The notes below the pieces were generated by a model. The model was not told the DNA's origin and did not search any database. It worked only from the letters and a program-made list of their open reading frames with translations. The position numbers and the translations under genes are program-made. Below are positions 18,894-28,597 of a stretch of 64,000 nt of DNA, piece by piece. Positions within the stretch are counted from its first letter, which is position 1. Each line of letters opens with the position of its first letter. This DNA comes from Streptosporangiaceae bacterium (lineage in GTDB: Bacteria > Actinomycetota > Actinomycetes > Streptosporangiales > Streptosporangiaceae): NCBI GenBank assembly GCA_035621915.1, contig DASPWG010000267.1, positions 415 through 64,414 on the forward strand, given 5' to 3'.

Positions 18894-20267
18894 CTAGCTG
18901 GCCGGCATGAGCAGTTCGCTGTCCCAGTCGCCGGACGCGTCATCCGACTCGGGCTCGAACGGGAACCGGTCGGCGAAGGCCGGACGCAGGTCCGACAGCC
19001 ACAAGGCCTCGGGATCGAACTGGGCGAAGAACGGCCGGCCGACCAGCGACGGATCACGCGCCTGGATCATGTGCAGGGCGAATACCTGCTGGCCGGCGAT
19101 CTCGACCACTCCGTCCACGCAGACCTTGCCTGGCGTCGCCGACATGGACGGACCGCGGACGGTCCGGCACAGGCCGGACACGCTGCTGTAGGCGTCACGG
19201 AAGATCTCCGCCGCCCGCACCAGCGGTACCGCGAAGTACCCCTGCGGCCCGGTGTCGCGCTCCACGAACATGTAGTAGGGCACCATTCCCAGCCGCAGAT
19301 GCGCCCGCCACATCGCCTGCCAGGTCCGCGGGTCGTCGTTGATGCTGCGGATCAGCGGCGCCTGTGTCCGGATGACCGCGCCGGTCGAGCGGATGCGGCC
19401 GACGGCGGTGGCGACCTGCTCGGGCTCGAGCTCGCGCGGATGGGAGAAGTGAGCCATCAGCGCCAGCGTCTTGCCGGCCGACTCCACCTGCTCGAACAGC
19501 CGCAGCGTGTCATCGGCGTCCGGGTCGGTCACGAACCGCTGCGGCCAGTAGGCCAGTGACTTAGTGCCGATCCGCACCGACTCGATGTGTTCAAGCCCGG
19601 AGCCCAGCAGCGGCTCGATGTAGTGCCTGAGCACCCCGGCACCCATGATCATGGGGTCGCCGCCAGTGATCAGCACGCTGGTGACCTCGCGATGGGCGCG
19701 CAGGTAGGCCGTCACCCTTGCCATGTCGTCGGTGGCCATCTTCAGGTCGGGCTCGCCGACGAACTGCGCCCACCGGAAGCAGTAGGTGCAGTACGCATGG
19801 CAGGTCTGGCCTTGCTTGGGAAAGATCAGGACCGTTTCCGGGTACTTGTGCTGCACGCCGGGAAGCGGCTCATCGGACATAGCGGGAATGTTCAGGGCGA
19901 GCTGCCCGGCCGGGTGCGGGTTGAGTCTCAGCCGCACGGCGCGGGCCGCTGCCTGAATCTCGCGCTCGGGCGCGCCTGCCGCGAGCATGGCCGCCATGGG
20001 CGCGATGTCCTCGGCTGGCAGCATGTCGGCCTGCGGGAACACCAGCCGGTAAATGGGATCATCGGGGGCAGCCGACCAGTCGATCAGCCGCTCGACGACG
20101 TACTCGTTCGTCCGGAACGGCAGAACCGCCGCGACCGCCCGGACCGCGAGCCGCTCTGCCTCATCCAGCCCGGCCCGTGCGGTCAGCTGATCGAGATGCT
20201 TGACCGTGTAGGCGCGGAAGCCACGCCCCTGTGCCGGGATTACGGGCGCTACGTGCTGATCCGTCAT
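18894..20267 (-). CDS. KamA-family radical SAM aminomutase-like protein (lysine 2,3-aminomutase family)
   Basis: CHAYCTYCFRW (CxxxCxxC cluster) followed by ITGGDPM and a KamA-like C-terminal region. Strong SD (GGAGGAGG) before the ATG. Confidence 0.8.
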   Translation of the reverse strand: MTDQHVAPVIPAQGRGFRAYTVKHLDQLTARAGLDEAERLAVRAVAAVLPFRTNEYVVERLIDWSAAPDDPIYRLVFPQADMLPAEDIAPMAAMLAAGAPEREIQAAARAVRLRLNPHPAGQLALNIPAMSDEPLPGVQHKYPETVLIFPKQGQTCHAYCTYCFRWAQFVGEPDLKMATDDMARVTAYLRAHREVTSVLITGGDPMIMGAGVLRHYIEPLLGSGLEHIESVRIGTKSLAYWPQRFVTDPDADDTLRLFEQVESAGKTLALMAHFSHPRELEPEQVATAVGRIRSTGAVIRTQAPLIRSINDDPRTWQAMWRAHLRLGMVPYYMFVERDTGPQGYFAVPLVRAAEIFRDAYSSVSGLCRTVRGPSMSATPGKVCVDGVVEIAGQQVFALHMIQARDPSLVGRPFFAQFDPEALWLSDLRPAFADRFPFEPESDDASGDWDSELLMPAS

Positions 20268-20671
20268 GCAGCCTCCTCCGGCAGCCGCAGTCCGCGGCGC
20301 CTGGTCGTGCGCATGATCTCCCCGTCATGCCGCCTGCTTGGCGTACCCATCGAGTTATGCCCAGCCTGCCGGTCCATGCGCCGGGTCCCCGTGGCGCGCG
20401 GGTCAGGCTAGTTAAAGCGGTCGCTATCTGGAAACGCTCAAGGGCCGCTCCAGGTTGCCTGTGGTGCCTGAAATCCCCATGTACCCCGTCACTGCCTTCT
20501 AAATCATGTTGTCATCTGCACAACACCGATGAATACCGGCATGTACGGCATCTCGTTTCATCTACCGCCATTAGCTAGTACACGGCGCCGCGGCGGCGGC
20601 AGGCCGTGCTCCCGCGGCCCCTCGCGCCGCTTGCAGGCGGGCGCTGCGTGCAGGGCCGATAGGCTAGTTCA

Positions 20672-22414
20672 ATGCCCGACCTGGAGATTATGGACCCGGA
20701 AGCTGCCCTCGGACACCTAGTGCGCGGGGCACTCGTCGCACGGCTGGGTGCCGAGTTCGCGACAGCCGACCCGCTGATCCGGCCGTCCGGGTTCGCCGAT
20801 TACCAGAGTAACGTGGCAATGTCGCTGGCCAAGCGGCTCGGCAGGTCCCCGCGCGAGGTTGCGCAGGACATCGCGGCGGAGCTCGCGGGCAGTCCCCTCC
20901 TGGAGCGCGCCGAGGTCAGCGGACCGGGCTTCATCAACCTGACACTCCGCGACAGCTGGATCGCGGCGCAGGCAAACGAGCAGCTCGCCGATACCAGGCT
21001 TGGCGTCCCGCGGGCGGACCCGGCACAGCGGATCGTGGTGGACTACTCAGGGCCGAACGTCGCCAAGGAACTGCACGCCGGGCACCTGCGCGCCACGGTC
21101 GAGGGTGACGCCATCGTGCGGGTGCTCGAGTACCTGGGCCACGAGGTGACGAGGGCCGCCCATCTCGGCGACTGGGGCACCCAGTTCGGCATGCTGATCG
21201 AGCACGCGCTGGACGTGGGCGAGCAGGCCACCTACGACCAGCTCGTAGCGGGCGAATTCACGGCGTTCTACCAGGCCGCCAGGGCAAAGTTCGACGGCGA
21301 TCAGGGATTCGCTGACCGGTCGCGCCGCCGGGTCGTGGAGCTGCAGGCAGGCGAGGAGCAGGCAGTGCGGCTTTGGCAGCTGCTCGTCGACGACTCCATG
21401 GCCTACCTGCGCCGGCTGTACGACAGGCTCGGCGTCACGCTGACCGACGCTGACATGGCGCCGGAGAGCTTCTACAACCCGATGCTCGCCGACGTCTGCG
21501 CCGAGCTCGAGGACCGCGGCCTGGCGGTCATCAGCGATGGCGCCCTGTGCGCTTACCCGCCGGGCTTCACCGGCCGGGACGGTAACCCGCTGCCGCTGAT
21601 GCTGCGTAAGAGCGACGGCGGCTACGGCTACGACACCACCGACGTCGCAGCCATCCGCTACCGGCTGCGCGACCTCGGCGCCACCAGGCTGATCTACGTG
21701 GTCGGCTCTGAGCAGCACCAGCACCTGGAAATGGTGTTCGGACTGGCCAGGCAGGCCGGCTGGCTCACCGGCGGCGCGACCGCCGAGCACGCCGTGGTCG
21801 GGCTCATGACCGGGCCCGGCGGGCAGCGGCTGCGGACGCGCACAGGCGAGCAGGTCAAGCTCGTCAGCCTGATCGAGGAGGCGGTGGAGCGGGCAGAGAA
21901 GGTCATCGCCGAGCGCTACGACGACCCGCAGCAGCGAGCCCAGATCGCCGAGGCAGTCGGCATCGGCGCCCTGAAGTACGGCGACCTGTCGGTAGCACGT
22001 GACTCCAGCTACGCGCTGGACTTCGACCGGCTGCTGGCGCTGACCGGCAACACCGGCCCCTACCTGCAGTACGCCGCGGCCCGGATCCGGTCCATCTTCC
22101 AGCGTGCCGGGCTAGATCCCGCAGCGGCAGCCGGCCCCATACTGCCCGGCACTGCGGCTGAGCGGGCGCTCGCACTGCAGCTGCTCGGGCTCGGGCGGGC
22201 AGTCGCGGATGTCAGCGCCGGCGCGGAACCGCACAAGCTGGCGGGCTTCGTGTTCGACGTGGCGAGCGCGTTCACCACGTTCTACGAGCAGTGCCCGGTG
22301 CTCAGCGCAGCCGACGACGTCCGAGCCAGCCGGCTCGCGCTGTGCGCGCTGAGCCTGCGGGTGCTGGAGACCGGCCTTGGGCTGCTAGGAATCCCGGTTC
22401 CGGACCGTATGTAA
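20672..22414 (+). CDS. argS: arginine--tRNA ligase
   Basis: 580 aa. NVAKELHAGHLR (HIGH), a DALR-type anticodon-binding C-terminus, and an ending of ...VPDRM typical of ArgRS. An alternative ATG at 20690 is possible. Confidence 0.93.
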   Translation: MPDLEIMDPEAALGHLVRGALVARLGAEFATADPLIRPSGFADYQSNVAMSLAKRLGRSPREVAQDIAAELAGSPLLERAEVSGPGFINLTLRDSWIAAQANEQLADTRLGVPRADPAQRIVVDYSGPNVAKELHAGHLRATVEGDAIVRVLEYLGHEVTRAAHLGDWGTQFGMLIEHALDVGEQATYDQLVAGEFTAFYQAARAKFDGDQGFADRSRRRVVELQAGEEQAVRLWQLLVDDSMAYLRRLYDRLGVTLTDADMAPESFYNPMLADVCAELEDRGLAVISDGALCAYPPGFTGRDGNPLPLMLRKSDGGYGYDTTDVAAIRYRLRDLGATRLIYVVGSEQHQHLEMVFGLARQAGWLTGGATAEHAVVGLMTGPGGQRLRTRTGEQVKLVSLIEEAVERAEKVIAERYDDPQQRAQIAEAVGIGALKYGDLSVARDSSYALDFDRLLALTGNTGPYLQYAAARIRSIFQRAGLDPAAAAGPILPGTAAERALALQLLGLGRAVADVSAGAEPHKLAGFVFDVASAFTTFYEQCPVLSAADDVRASRLALCALSLRVLETGLGLLGIPVPDRM

Positions 22415-22515
22415 CAGGACTGACCTGCGATTCCAGCCAATTCTCCTGGTGCTCTCAGGTTGCTCTAAACATCCTGCGGGTCCTTCTCCCAAAGTCACGG
22501 GTAAGTCTGATCAGC

Positions 22516-23145
22516 ATGAACGACAAGAATTCTGAACCAGGTAACAACGCGAGGGGGCCGCGCTTGTCTCGTCTAGGGCGCGGTCGCCGGATAGGCATTT
22601 CCGTCGCAGCATCGACAGTCCTGCTGGGCACCGGCATCGGCATCGGAGTGGCCTCGACCGGGGGCGCCTCCGCGGCGACCGGCTCCGACACCGGCACCTC
22701 GGCGTCGAGCACGACGATGGCCAGTGCCACGGCCGCCAGGCCGTGCGTCCAGATTGCCAACGAGCTCAGGGCCACCGGTCACCCCGTGGCGGCCCGCCGC
22801 GTCCGGGCGATATGCCGGGCCAGAGCGCTCGGGTTTATCCTCGCCCGCGGCATCCACGGCGAGGTCACCTACAAGGCCAAGAGCGGCTTCGCCACGGTCG
22901 CCTTCGAGCGCGGCACCGTCGAGTCGGCCAGCCCGTCCGCGGTGACGGTGCAGGCCGCTGACGGCACCACCTGGACCTGGGACATCGTCGGCAACACCGT
23001 CGTCAGGGAGTCGGGTCACAAGGTCGCCGAGGACACCCTGGCCCAGGGCGACACCGTCCTGGTCGTCGGCAAGATCGTCGATGGCGCTTACGACGCGCGG
23101 CTCATCCGGATCCGCGCCACCTCTACCTCAACCTCGTCATCCTGA
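22516..23145 (+). CDS. secreted hypothetical protein (Tat/Sec-type signal peptide)
   Basis: MNDKNS...GRGRRIGISVAASTVLLGTGIGIGVASTGGASA looks like a signal peptide. The mature part is beta-rich. It lies directly upstream of a two-component pair. Start chosen at the internal ATG because the upstream part overlaps the argS 3' end. Confidence 0.6.
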   Translation: MNDKNSEPGNNARGPRLSRLGRGRRIGISVAASTVLLGTGIGIGVASTGGASAATGSDTGTSASSTTMASATAARPCVQIANELRATGHPVAARRVRAICRARALGFILARGIHGEVTYKAKSGFATVAFERGTVESASPSAVTVQAADGTTWTWDIVGNTVVRESGHKVAEDTLAQGDTVLVVGKIVDGAYDARLIRIRATSTSTSSS

Positions 23146-23152
23146 GCCCGTG

Positions 23153-23186
23153 GCCGCCTGGCAGGCCGGTCGGCGTGCCAGGCGGC
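23153..23186 (+). terminator. perfect 11-bp stem hairpin downstream of the secreted-protein gene
   Basis: GCCGCCTGGCA-N12-TGCCAGGCGGC, 8 nt after the stop codon. No strong T tract (I-shaped type). Confidence 0.45.
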
Positions 23187-23349
23187 CTTCGGGACAGCGG
23201 GCCGTGACGTCCATGCCTGGCCAGCTGGCCCGGCTAAATCCCAGCTGGCGGGCGGGTGCTAGGCAGCGGACCTTAGAGGTAGCCTCATGGGGCCGGAACG
23301 TCCCGGCACGCGGCAGCCGCACACCCGCCCCCCGGTGAGCCAGGACCTC

Positions 23350-24093
23350 ATGACTGAGAACGACCACATCCCCCAGGTGCTCGTCGTCGATGACGAGCTC
23401 AACATCCGCGAGCTGGTCCAGGTAGCGCTGAAGTTTCACGGCTGCGCCGTCACGACCGCGGCAAGCGGCAAAGACGCGCTGCGCCAGGCGGAGGCCGCCA
23501 AGCTCGACCTCATCGTCCTGGACGTCATGATGCCCGACATGGATGGCTTCGAGGTCTGCCGGCGGCTCCGCGCTGCCGGGAACGAGGTACCGATCATCTT
23601 CCTGACTGCCAGGGACACCTCGTCGGACACCGTGACCGGGCTGGCGATCGGCGGCGACGACTACGTCACCAAGCCGTTCTCGGTCGAGGCCCTGGTGGCA
23701 CGGGTACGCGCGGTCCTGCGGCGCGCGTCGCGCTCGTCCGGCGGCGATCAGGAGGCGCGCGGCGCCGGGCCGCTGCGAGCTGCGGACCTAGTGCTAGACG
23801 AGGAGCGCTGGACCGTTCACAGGGGCGGCGTCCCTGTCGAGCTATCGCCGACCGAGTTCCGGCTGCTTGCCTACCTGATGCGGCATCAGGGCCGGGTGCT
23901 GACCAGGGCGCAGCTGCTGGAGAAGGTCTGGGGCTGGGACTACTCCGGCGAGTCGCAGATCGTCGAGACCTACGTGAGCTACCTGCGGCGCAAGCTCGAC
24001 CCGCTCGGGCCGCCGCTCATCCATACCCAGCGCGGAGTCGGCTACAGCCTGCGGCCTGACCAGCAGGAACGGGCAGGTCAGGGCCCGCCGTGA
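23350..24093 (+). CDS. OmpR/PhoB-family response regulator
   Basis: VLVVDDELNIRELV...DLIVLDVMMPDMDG (receiver) and a winged-helix C-terminus (LSPTEFRLLAYLMRH...TQRGVGYSL). Confidence 0.92.
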   Translation: MTENDHIPQVLVVDDELNIRELVQVALKFHGCAVTTAASGKDALRQAEAAKLDLIVLDVMMPDMDGFEVCRRLRAAGNEVPIIFLTARDTSSDTVTGLAIGGDDYVTKPFSVEALVARVRAVLRRASRSSGGDQEARGAGPLRAADLVLDEERWTVHRGGVPVELSPTEFRLLAYLMRHQGRVLTRAQLLEKVWGWDYSGESQIVETYVSYLRRKLDPLGPPLIHTQRGVGYSLRPDQQERAGQGPP

Positions 24094-25673
24094 CCGCGAG
24101 CCGCAGGCTGTCGCTGCGCGCCCGCTTGCTGGTGATGCTGGTCGGCGTCACCACGGTGCTGCTGATCATCATGGGCACCGTCAGCACGCTGCTGCTAAGC
24201 CACGAGGTGGACGGGCAGATCATCGACTCCGACACCATGCTCACCGAGAACGTCGCCGACCTCGCGCCCACGTGCCTGGCCGCCGGGACCACGTGTCCCG
24301 CCCAGCTGCAGGCGGAGAACTACGCGGTGGTCATGGTGCCGCTGCGCCCGGTGCTGACCGCGGTCGCCCTGACCCAGGGAAAGCTCACGAGGAACCTGGT
24401 CACGGCCATTGACGATCAGCTGGCAAGGCCGAGGTTCGCCGAGGTCAGGCTGCTGGCGGCGGCAGGCATGCTGACCAAGGCCGGGATCCGGATCTATGAC
24501 GCCGGCTGCCGGGCCGGAGCTGCGGTGAGTGCAGGCCAGCCGGCGGTGGGCTTCCCCTACGTGAACTGCCGGCCGTACGCCATCGGCCTCGGCATCCGCG
24601 TCGCAACCAGGCTCTTCCCCGCGGGCACCTTCAGTGCCAGTTCAGGCGACCTCCTTTTCGTAGGGGAACGGCTGCGGGGCGGGGCCGGTCAGGTACGAGG
24701 CTTCATCATCGCCGAGCTGATCACCGGCGCGGCACTCATCACCCTGGTGGCGGTCGTCGGCGAATGGCTGATCGGCCGCGGGCTCGAGCCGCTGGCGGAC
24801 ATGGCAGCCACGGCCGACGAGATCACCACGCTGGGCGACCTGACGGCGCGGATGCCCGACGCCGACGACCAGACCGAGGTGGGCAGGCTCGGTTCCTCCA
24901 TCAACACCATGCTGGACCGGATCCAGCAGGCGTTCAGCATGCGCCTGCACTCGGAGCAGAAGGTGCGCGAGTTCGCTGCCGACGCCTCGCACGAGCTGCG
25001 CACGCCACTGACCACGATCCGCGGCTACGCCGAGCTGTACCGGCAGGGCGCCCTCGGCCCCGACCAGCTGCCGAATGCGATGCGGCGGATCGAGCAGGAG
25101 GCCCAGCGCATGAGCACCCTGGTCGCCGAGCTGCTCGAGCTAGCCAGGCTCGACCGCACCTCCTCACTCGACCTCACCGAGACCGACCTGGCGGCCGTCG
25201 TCAGGGACGCCGTCGCCGATGCCGTCGCGGTGCAGCCGGAGCGCCCGGTCCGCGCCGAGGCGCCGCCGCGCCTGGTCGCGGTGGTGGACGAGCCGAGGGT
25301 CAGGCAGGTGCTGGCCAACCTGCTCGGCAACGTGAGGGCGCACACCCCGCCGACGACGCCGGTCGCGGTTCGGCTCGGGGCGATCTCCGGAGGGGTGCTG
25401 ATCGAGGTCGCCGACGCCGGGCCGGGAATGCCTGAGGAGGATGCCGTCCGCGCCTTCGACCGGTTCCACCGGGCAGCCGAGCGCGGCGACAGCGGATGGC
25501 CGGGCGAGGACGAGGGCGGCAAGCCCGCGCCGGAGCGAAGCGGGGGCAGCGGGCTCGGCCTTTCCATCGTGCAGGCCATCGCCAACGCCCACGGCGGCCG
25601 GGCGACGCTGGAGTCCAGGCCAGGCCGCGGCACCAAGGTCCGGGTCTGGCTGCCCGTCCGGATCGTCCCCTAG
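24090..25673 (+). CDS. sensor histidine kinase (2 TM, HAMP, HisKA, HATPase_c)
   Basis: The GTG start overlaps the regulator stop (GTGA). H-box is FAADASHELRTPLTTIRGY. N-box is LANLLGNVRAHTP. G-boxes are DAGPGMP and GSGLGLSIV. Confidence 0.92.
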   Translation: MTASRRLSLRARLLVMLVGVTTVLLIIMGTVSTLLLSHEVDGQIIDSDTMLTENVADLAPTCLAAGTTCPAQLQAENYAVVMVPLRPVLTAVALTQGKLTRNLVTAIDDQLARPRFAEVRLLAAAGMLTKAGIRIYDAGCRAGAAVSAGQPAVGFPYVNCRPYAIGLGIRVATRLFPAGTFSASSGDLLFVGERLRGGAGQVRGFIIAELITGAALITLVAVVGEWLIGRGLEPLADMAATADEITTLGDLTARMPDADDQTEVGRLGSSINTMLDRIQQAFSMRLHSEQKVREFAADASHELRTPLTTIRGYAELYRQGALGPDQLPNAMRRIEQEAQRMSTLVAELLELARLDRTSSLDLTETDLAAVVRDAVADAVAVQPERPVRAEAPPRLVAVVDEPRVRQVLANLLGNVRAHTPPTTPVAVRLGAISGGVLIEVADAGPGMPEEDAVRAFDRFHRAAERGDSGWPGEDEGGKPAPERSGGSGLGLSIVQAIANAHGGRATLESRPGRGTKVRVWLPVRIVP

Positions 25674-25676
25674 CGG

Positions 25677-26309
25677 CTAGCTGCCTGCATCCGGCGCTTG
25701 TTCCCCATCCCCGCCAGGTTCGGGCAGGTGCTCGAACAGGTAGTAGACGGCGAGGAGCCCGAAGATGATCAGCGCCGCGACCGGCCAGGCCAGCGCGATC
25801 AGGGTGCCGCCCAGGTAGCCGGCGTTCCCCGCCGTGAACCTGACCGTAGACAGGCGCGGCACCCGGACGCGCCGGCGTGCGCCGAGCTCGTCCTGGTGCG
25901 CGGCCAGGTAGACCCAGGTCGATGCGTACCCGATCGAGATCGCGATCATGACCAGCCCGTAGGTAACCGCGGCGACCTTGCCCTGGCGGCCGTCATTGAG
26001 GTGGTCGGCCACCAGCGCGGTCGGGAACGGGATGGCGACGACGCCCATCAGCAGGAACAGGTTGCAGACGAGCACCTGCCGGTCGACCTTGCTCACCTGG
26101 GACAGCATCGTGTGGTGGTTCAGCCACATGATGCCGATGGTCAGGAAGCTGACCACGTATGCGAGGTAGGCGGGCCAGTAATGGCCGAGGGTGCGCGCGG
26201 ACAGGTCCGACGCGGTCTTGTCCGCGATCGGGAGCAGGTTGAAGACCAGGACCGTGATCGCGACCGCGAATACCCCGTCGCTGAACGACTCGGCCCGGCG
26301 AGAGTCCAT
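25677..26309 (-). CDS. TMEM175-family potassium channel (DUF1211)
   Basis: RAESFSDGVFAVAITVLV carries the RxxxFSD signature of TM1. 210 aa with about six hydrophobic helices. Confidence 0.8.
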   Translation of the reverse strand: MDSRRAESFSDGVFAVAITVLVFNLLPIADKTASDLSARTLGHYWPAYLAYVVSFLTIGIMWLNHHTMLSQVSKVDRQVLVCNLFLLMGVVAIPFPTALVADHLNDGRQGKVAAVTYGLVMIAISIGYASTWVYLAAHQDELGARRRVRVPRLSTVRFTAGNAGYLGGTLIALAWPVAALIIFGLLAVYYLFEHLPEPGGDGEQAPDAGS

Positions 26310-28499
26310 CTACTCGGGGTCGGCACCCGCCGGGCCGGGCTCGGTGCCGTCGGCCTGCTCCGCGGACACCGGCGGCGTGGCCCCGACCGCGGCCGGCGCC
26401 GCGACCGAGCGCACCAGCAGCTGAGCGACGTCGACGACCTCCAGCGATTCCTTGGCCTCGCCTGAGCCCTTCTTCGCCGCCACGGCGTCGCCCAGCATGA
26501 CCAGGCAGAACGGGCAGCCAGTGGAGATAGTGTCCGGGTCGGTGCCGAGCGCCTCGTCGATCCGCTCGGTGTTGATCCGCTTGCCGATCCGCTCCTCCAT
26601 CCACATCCGCGCGCCGCCGGCGCCGCAGCAGAAGCCGCGCTCCTTGCACCTGTGCATTTCCTGCGCCTGCACGCCCGGCACCTGCTCCATGATCTCCCGT
26701 GGCGGGGTGAACACCCGGTTGTGCCGGCCAAGGAAGCACGGGTCGTGGTAGGTGATCTTCTCCTCGATCGGGGTGATCGGGGTGAGCCGGCCGTCGGCGA
26801 CAAGCTGCGCCAGCAGCTGGGTGTGGTGGATGACCTCGTAGTTCCCGCCGAGCTGCGGGTACTCGCGGGAGATGGTGTTGAAGCAGTGCGGGCAGCTGGC
26901 CACGATCTTCCGCACGCCAGCCTCGTTCAGCGTCTCGATGTTCTGCTGCGCCAGCATGCTGAACACGAACTCGTTGCCCATCCGCCGCGCGGGATCACCC
27001 GTGCAGGACTCGGCTGGCCCCAGCACGGCAAAGTTCACATCCGCCGTGTGCAGCAGCTGGGCGATGGCCTTCGTGGTCTTCTTCGCGCGGTCCTCGAGCG
27101 CGCCCGCGCACCCGACCCAGAACAGGTACTCGACCTCGTCGCCGATCGGCCCGTCCACAACCGGCACCTCGAAGTCGAGCTCGGAGATCCACTCCAGCCG
27201 CTTGCTCTCGCCCATGCCCCACGGATTGCCCTTGTTCTCCAGGTTCTTGAGCATGGTCGCGGCCTCCGCCGGGAACGCGGACTCGACCAGGACCTGATAC
27301 CTGCGCATCCCCGTGATGTGGTCGATGTGCTCGATGTCCACCGGGCACTCCTCCACGCAGGCGCCGCAGTTGGTGCACGACCACAGCTCGTCGGGGTGGA
27401 TGACGCCGCGGGAGTCCTCGTCGCCGATGATCGGCCGGGCCGCCTCCGCCTTGACCGCCTCCGGCAGTGCATCGCGCTCCGCATCGGAGCCGGCCAGCAG
27501 GTAGGGGGCCTTGGCAAAGGCGTGGTCGCGCAGCTCAAGGATGATCATCTTGGGGGACAGCGGCTTGCCGGTGGCGTAGGCCGGGCATTGCGACTGGCAG
27601 CGGCCGCACTCGGTGCAGGTGGCAAGGTCGAGCATGCCCTTCCAGCTCAGGTCCTCGATCTTGCCGATGCCGAAGACGTCCTCGTCCGGGTCGGCTTCCT
27701 CGAAGTCCAGCACCTTGCCGTTGGACCGCATCGGCTGCAGCGGGCCCAGCCCGTTCGGGCGGCGGGAGAACAGCACGTTCAGTGGCGCAATCGCGATGTG
27801 CAGGTGCTTGGAGTAGGTCACGAAGATGCCGAAGGCCAGGATCACCGCGAGCTGCAGCAGGATGAAGGCCGTCGCTATCCCCTCGTTCGCGGCGCCGAGC
27901 GGGTGCAGCCAGTGCCCGACAACCTCCGAGGCAAACGCCCCGTGCGGGTAGGGGAACTGGCCGGCGTTGATCTGCGCGCCGCGGTAGATCAGGAGCGTCG
28001 CGATGACCAGGAAGATGCCGAGGAGCACGAGCCAGGCGGCGCCGGTGTGCGAGCCCGCGAACCTCGACTCGCGGCCCTCGCGCCTGGGGTCGGATCGCAG
28101 CCTGATGACCGCGAAGGTGACGATGCCGACGAGGACTGCCACTGCGAACAGGTCCTCCAGGAAGCCGACCCAGGCCCAGGTGCCGATCAGCGGGATCGCG
28201 AAGTGCTTGCTGAACAGGTCGCCGTATGCCTCGATGATCGTCAGGATCAGCACGATGAAGCCCCAGAACACCATCGCGTGCGCAGCGCCAGGCACCGTCC
28301 ACTTCAGCAGCTTGCGCTGCCCGATCACCTGAGAGACCTGGGTCTCGGCGTCGCTGCCCGGGTGCTTGCGCACCGCCTCGATCCGCTCGGGCGCGGGCTG
28401 GCCGGTGTGGCCGAGCCGGTACAGCCACCACAGTCGGCGCCCGGCGATCGCTGCCGCGATCACCGTGAGGACCAGGCCGATGATGATCCGCAGCGCCAA
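26310..28499 (-). CDS. membrane-anchored (Fe-S)-binding reductase, HdrD/GlpC-like (Rv0338c-type)
   Basis: N-terminal TM helices, then CTECGRCQSQCP and CTNCGACVEECP (two 4Fe-4S motifs) and cysteine-rich CCG domains (FCCGAGGARMW). I prefer the TTG at 28499, preceded by GGAGG. The longest ORF starts at 28565. Confidence 0.85.
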   Translation of the reverse strand: MALRIIIGLVLTVIAAAIAGRRLWWLYRLGHTGQPAPERIEAVRKHPGSDAETQVSQVIGQRKLLKWTVPGAAHAMVFWGFIVLILTIIEAYGDLFSKHFAIPLIGTWAWVGFLEDLFAVAVLVGIVTFAVIRLRSDPRREGRESRFAGSHTGAAWLVLLGIFLVIATLLIYRGAQINAGQFPYPHGAFASEVVGHWLHPLGAANEGIATAFILLQLAVILAFGIFVTYSKHLHIAIAPLNVLFSRRPNGLGPLQPMRSNGKVLDFEEADPDEDVFGIGKIEDLSWKGMLDLATCTECGRCQSQCPAYATGKPLSPKMIILELRDHAFAKAPYLLAGSDAERDALPEAVKAEAARPIIGDEDSRGVIHPDELWSCTNCGACVEECPVDIEHIDHITGMRRYQVLVESAFPAEAATMLKNLENKGNPWGMGESKRLEWISELDFEVPVVDGPIGDEVEYLFWVGCAGALEDRAKKTTKAIAQLLHTADVNFAVLGPAESCTGDPARRMGNEFVFSMLAQQNIETLNEAGVRKIVASCPHCFNTISREYPQLGGNYEVIHHTQLLAQLVADGRLTPITPIEEKITYHDPCFLGRHNRVFTPPREIMEQVPGVQAQEMHRCKERGFCCGAGGARMWMEERIGKRINTERIDEALGTDPDTISTGCPFCLVMLGDAVAAKKGSGEAKESLEVVDVAQLLVRSVAAPAAVGATPPVSAEQADGTEPGPAGADPE

Positions 28500-28597
28500 G
28501 ACGACCTCCAGGTACGGCGTGTGGGTGACAGCGTACGCCGGGTGCCGTTCGCGGCAATTGGGCACCGGGCGCAGCAGCTATGCTACCGGCCGGTAAC

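Noticed and set aside
20268-20671. Assignment of a specific riboswitch (lysine, SAM-IV, ZTP or ydaO) to the kamA-like/argS spacer, the purA leader (45354-45541) or the murA leader
   Set aside because: I could not find the conserved core sequences of these classes by eye. Any claim needs a covariance-model search.
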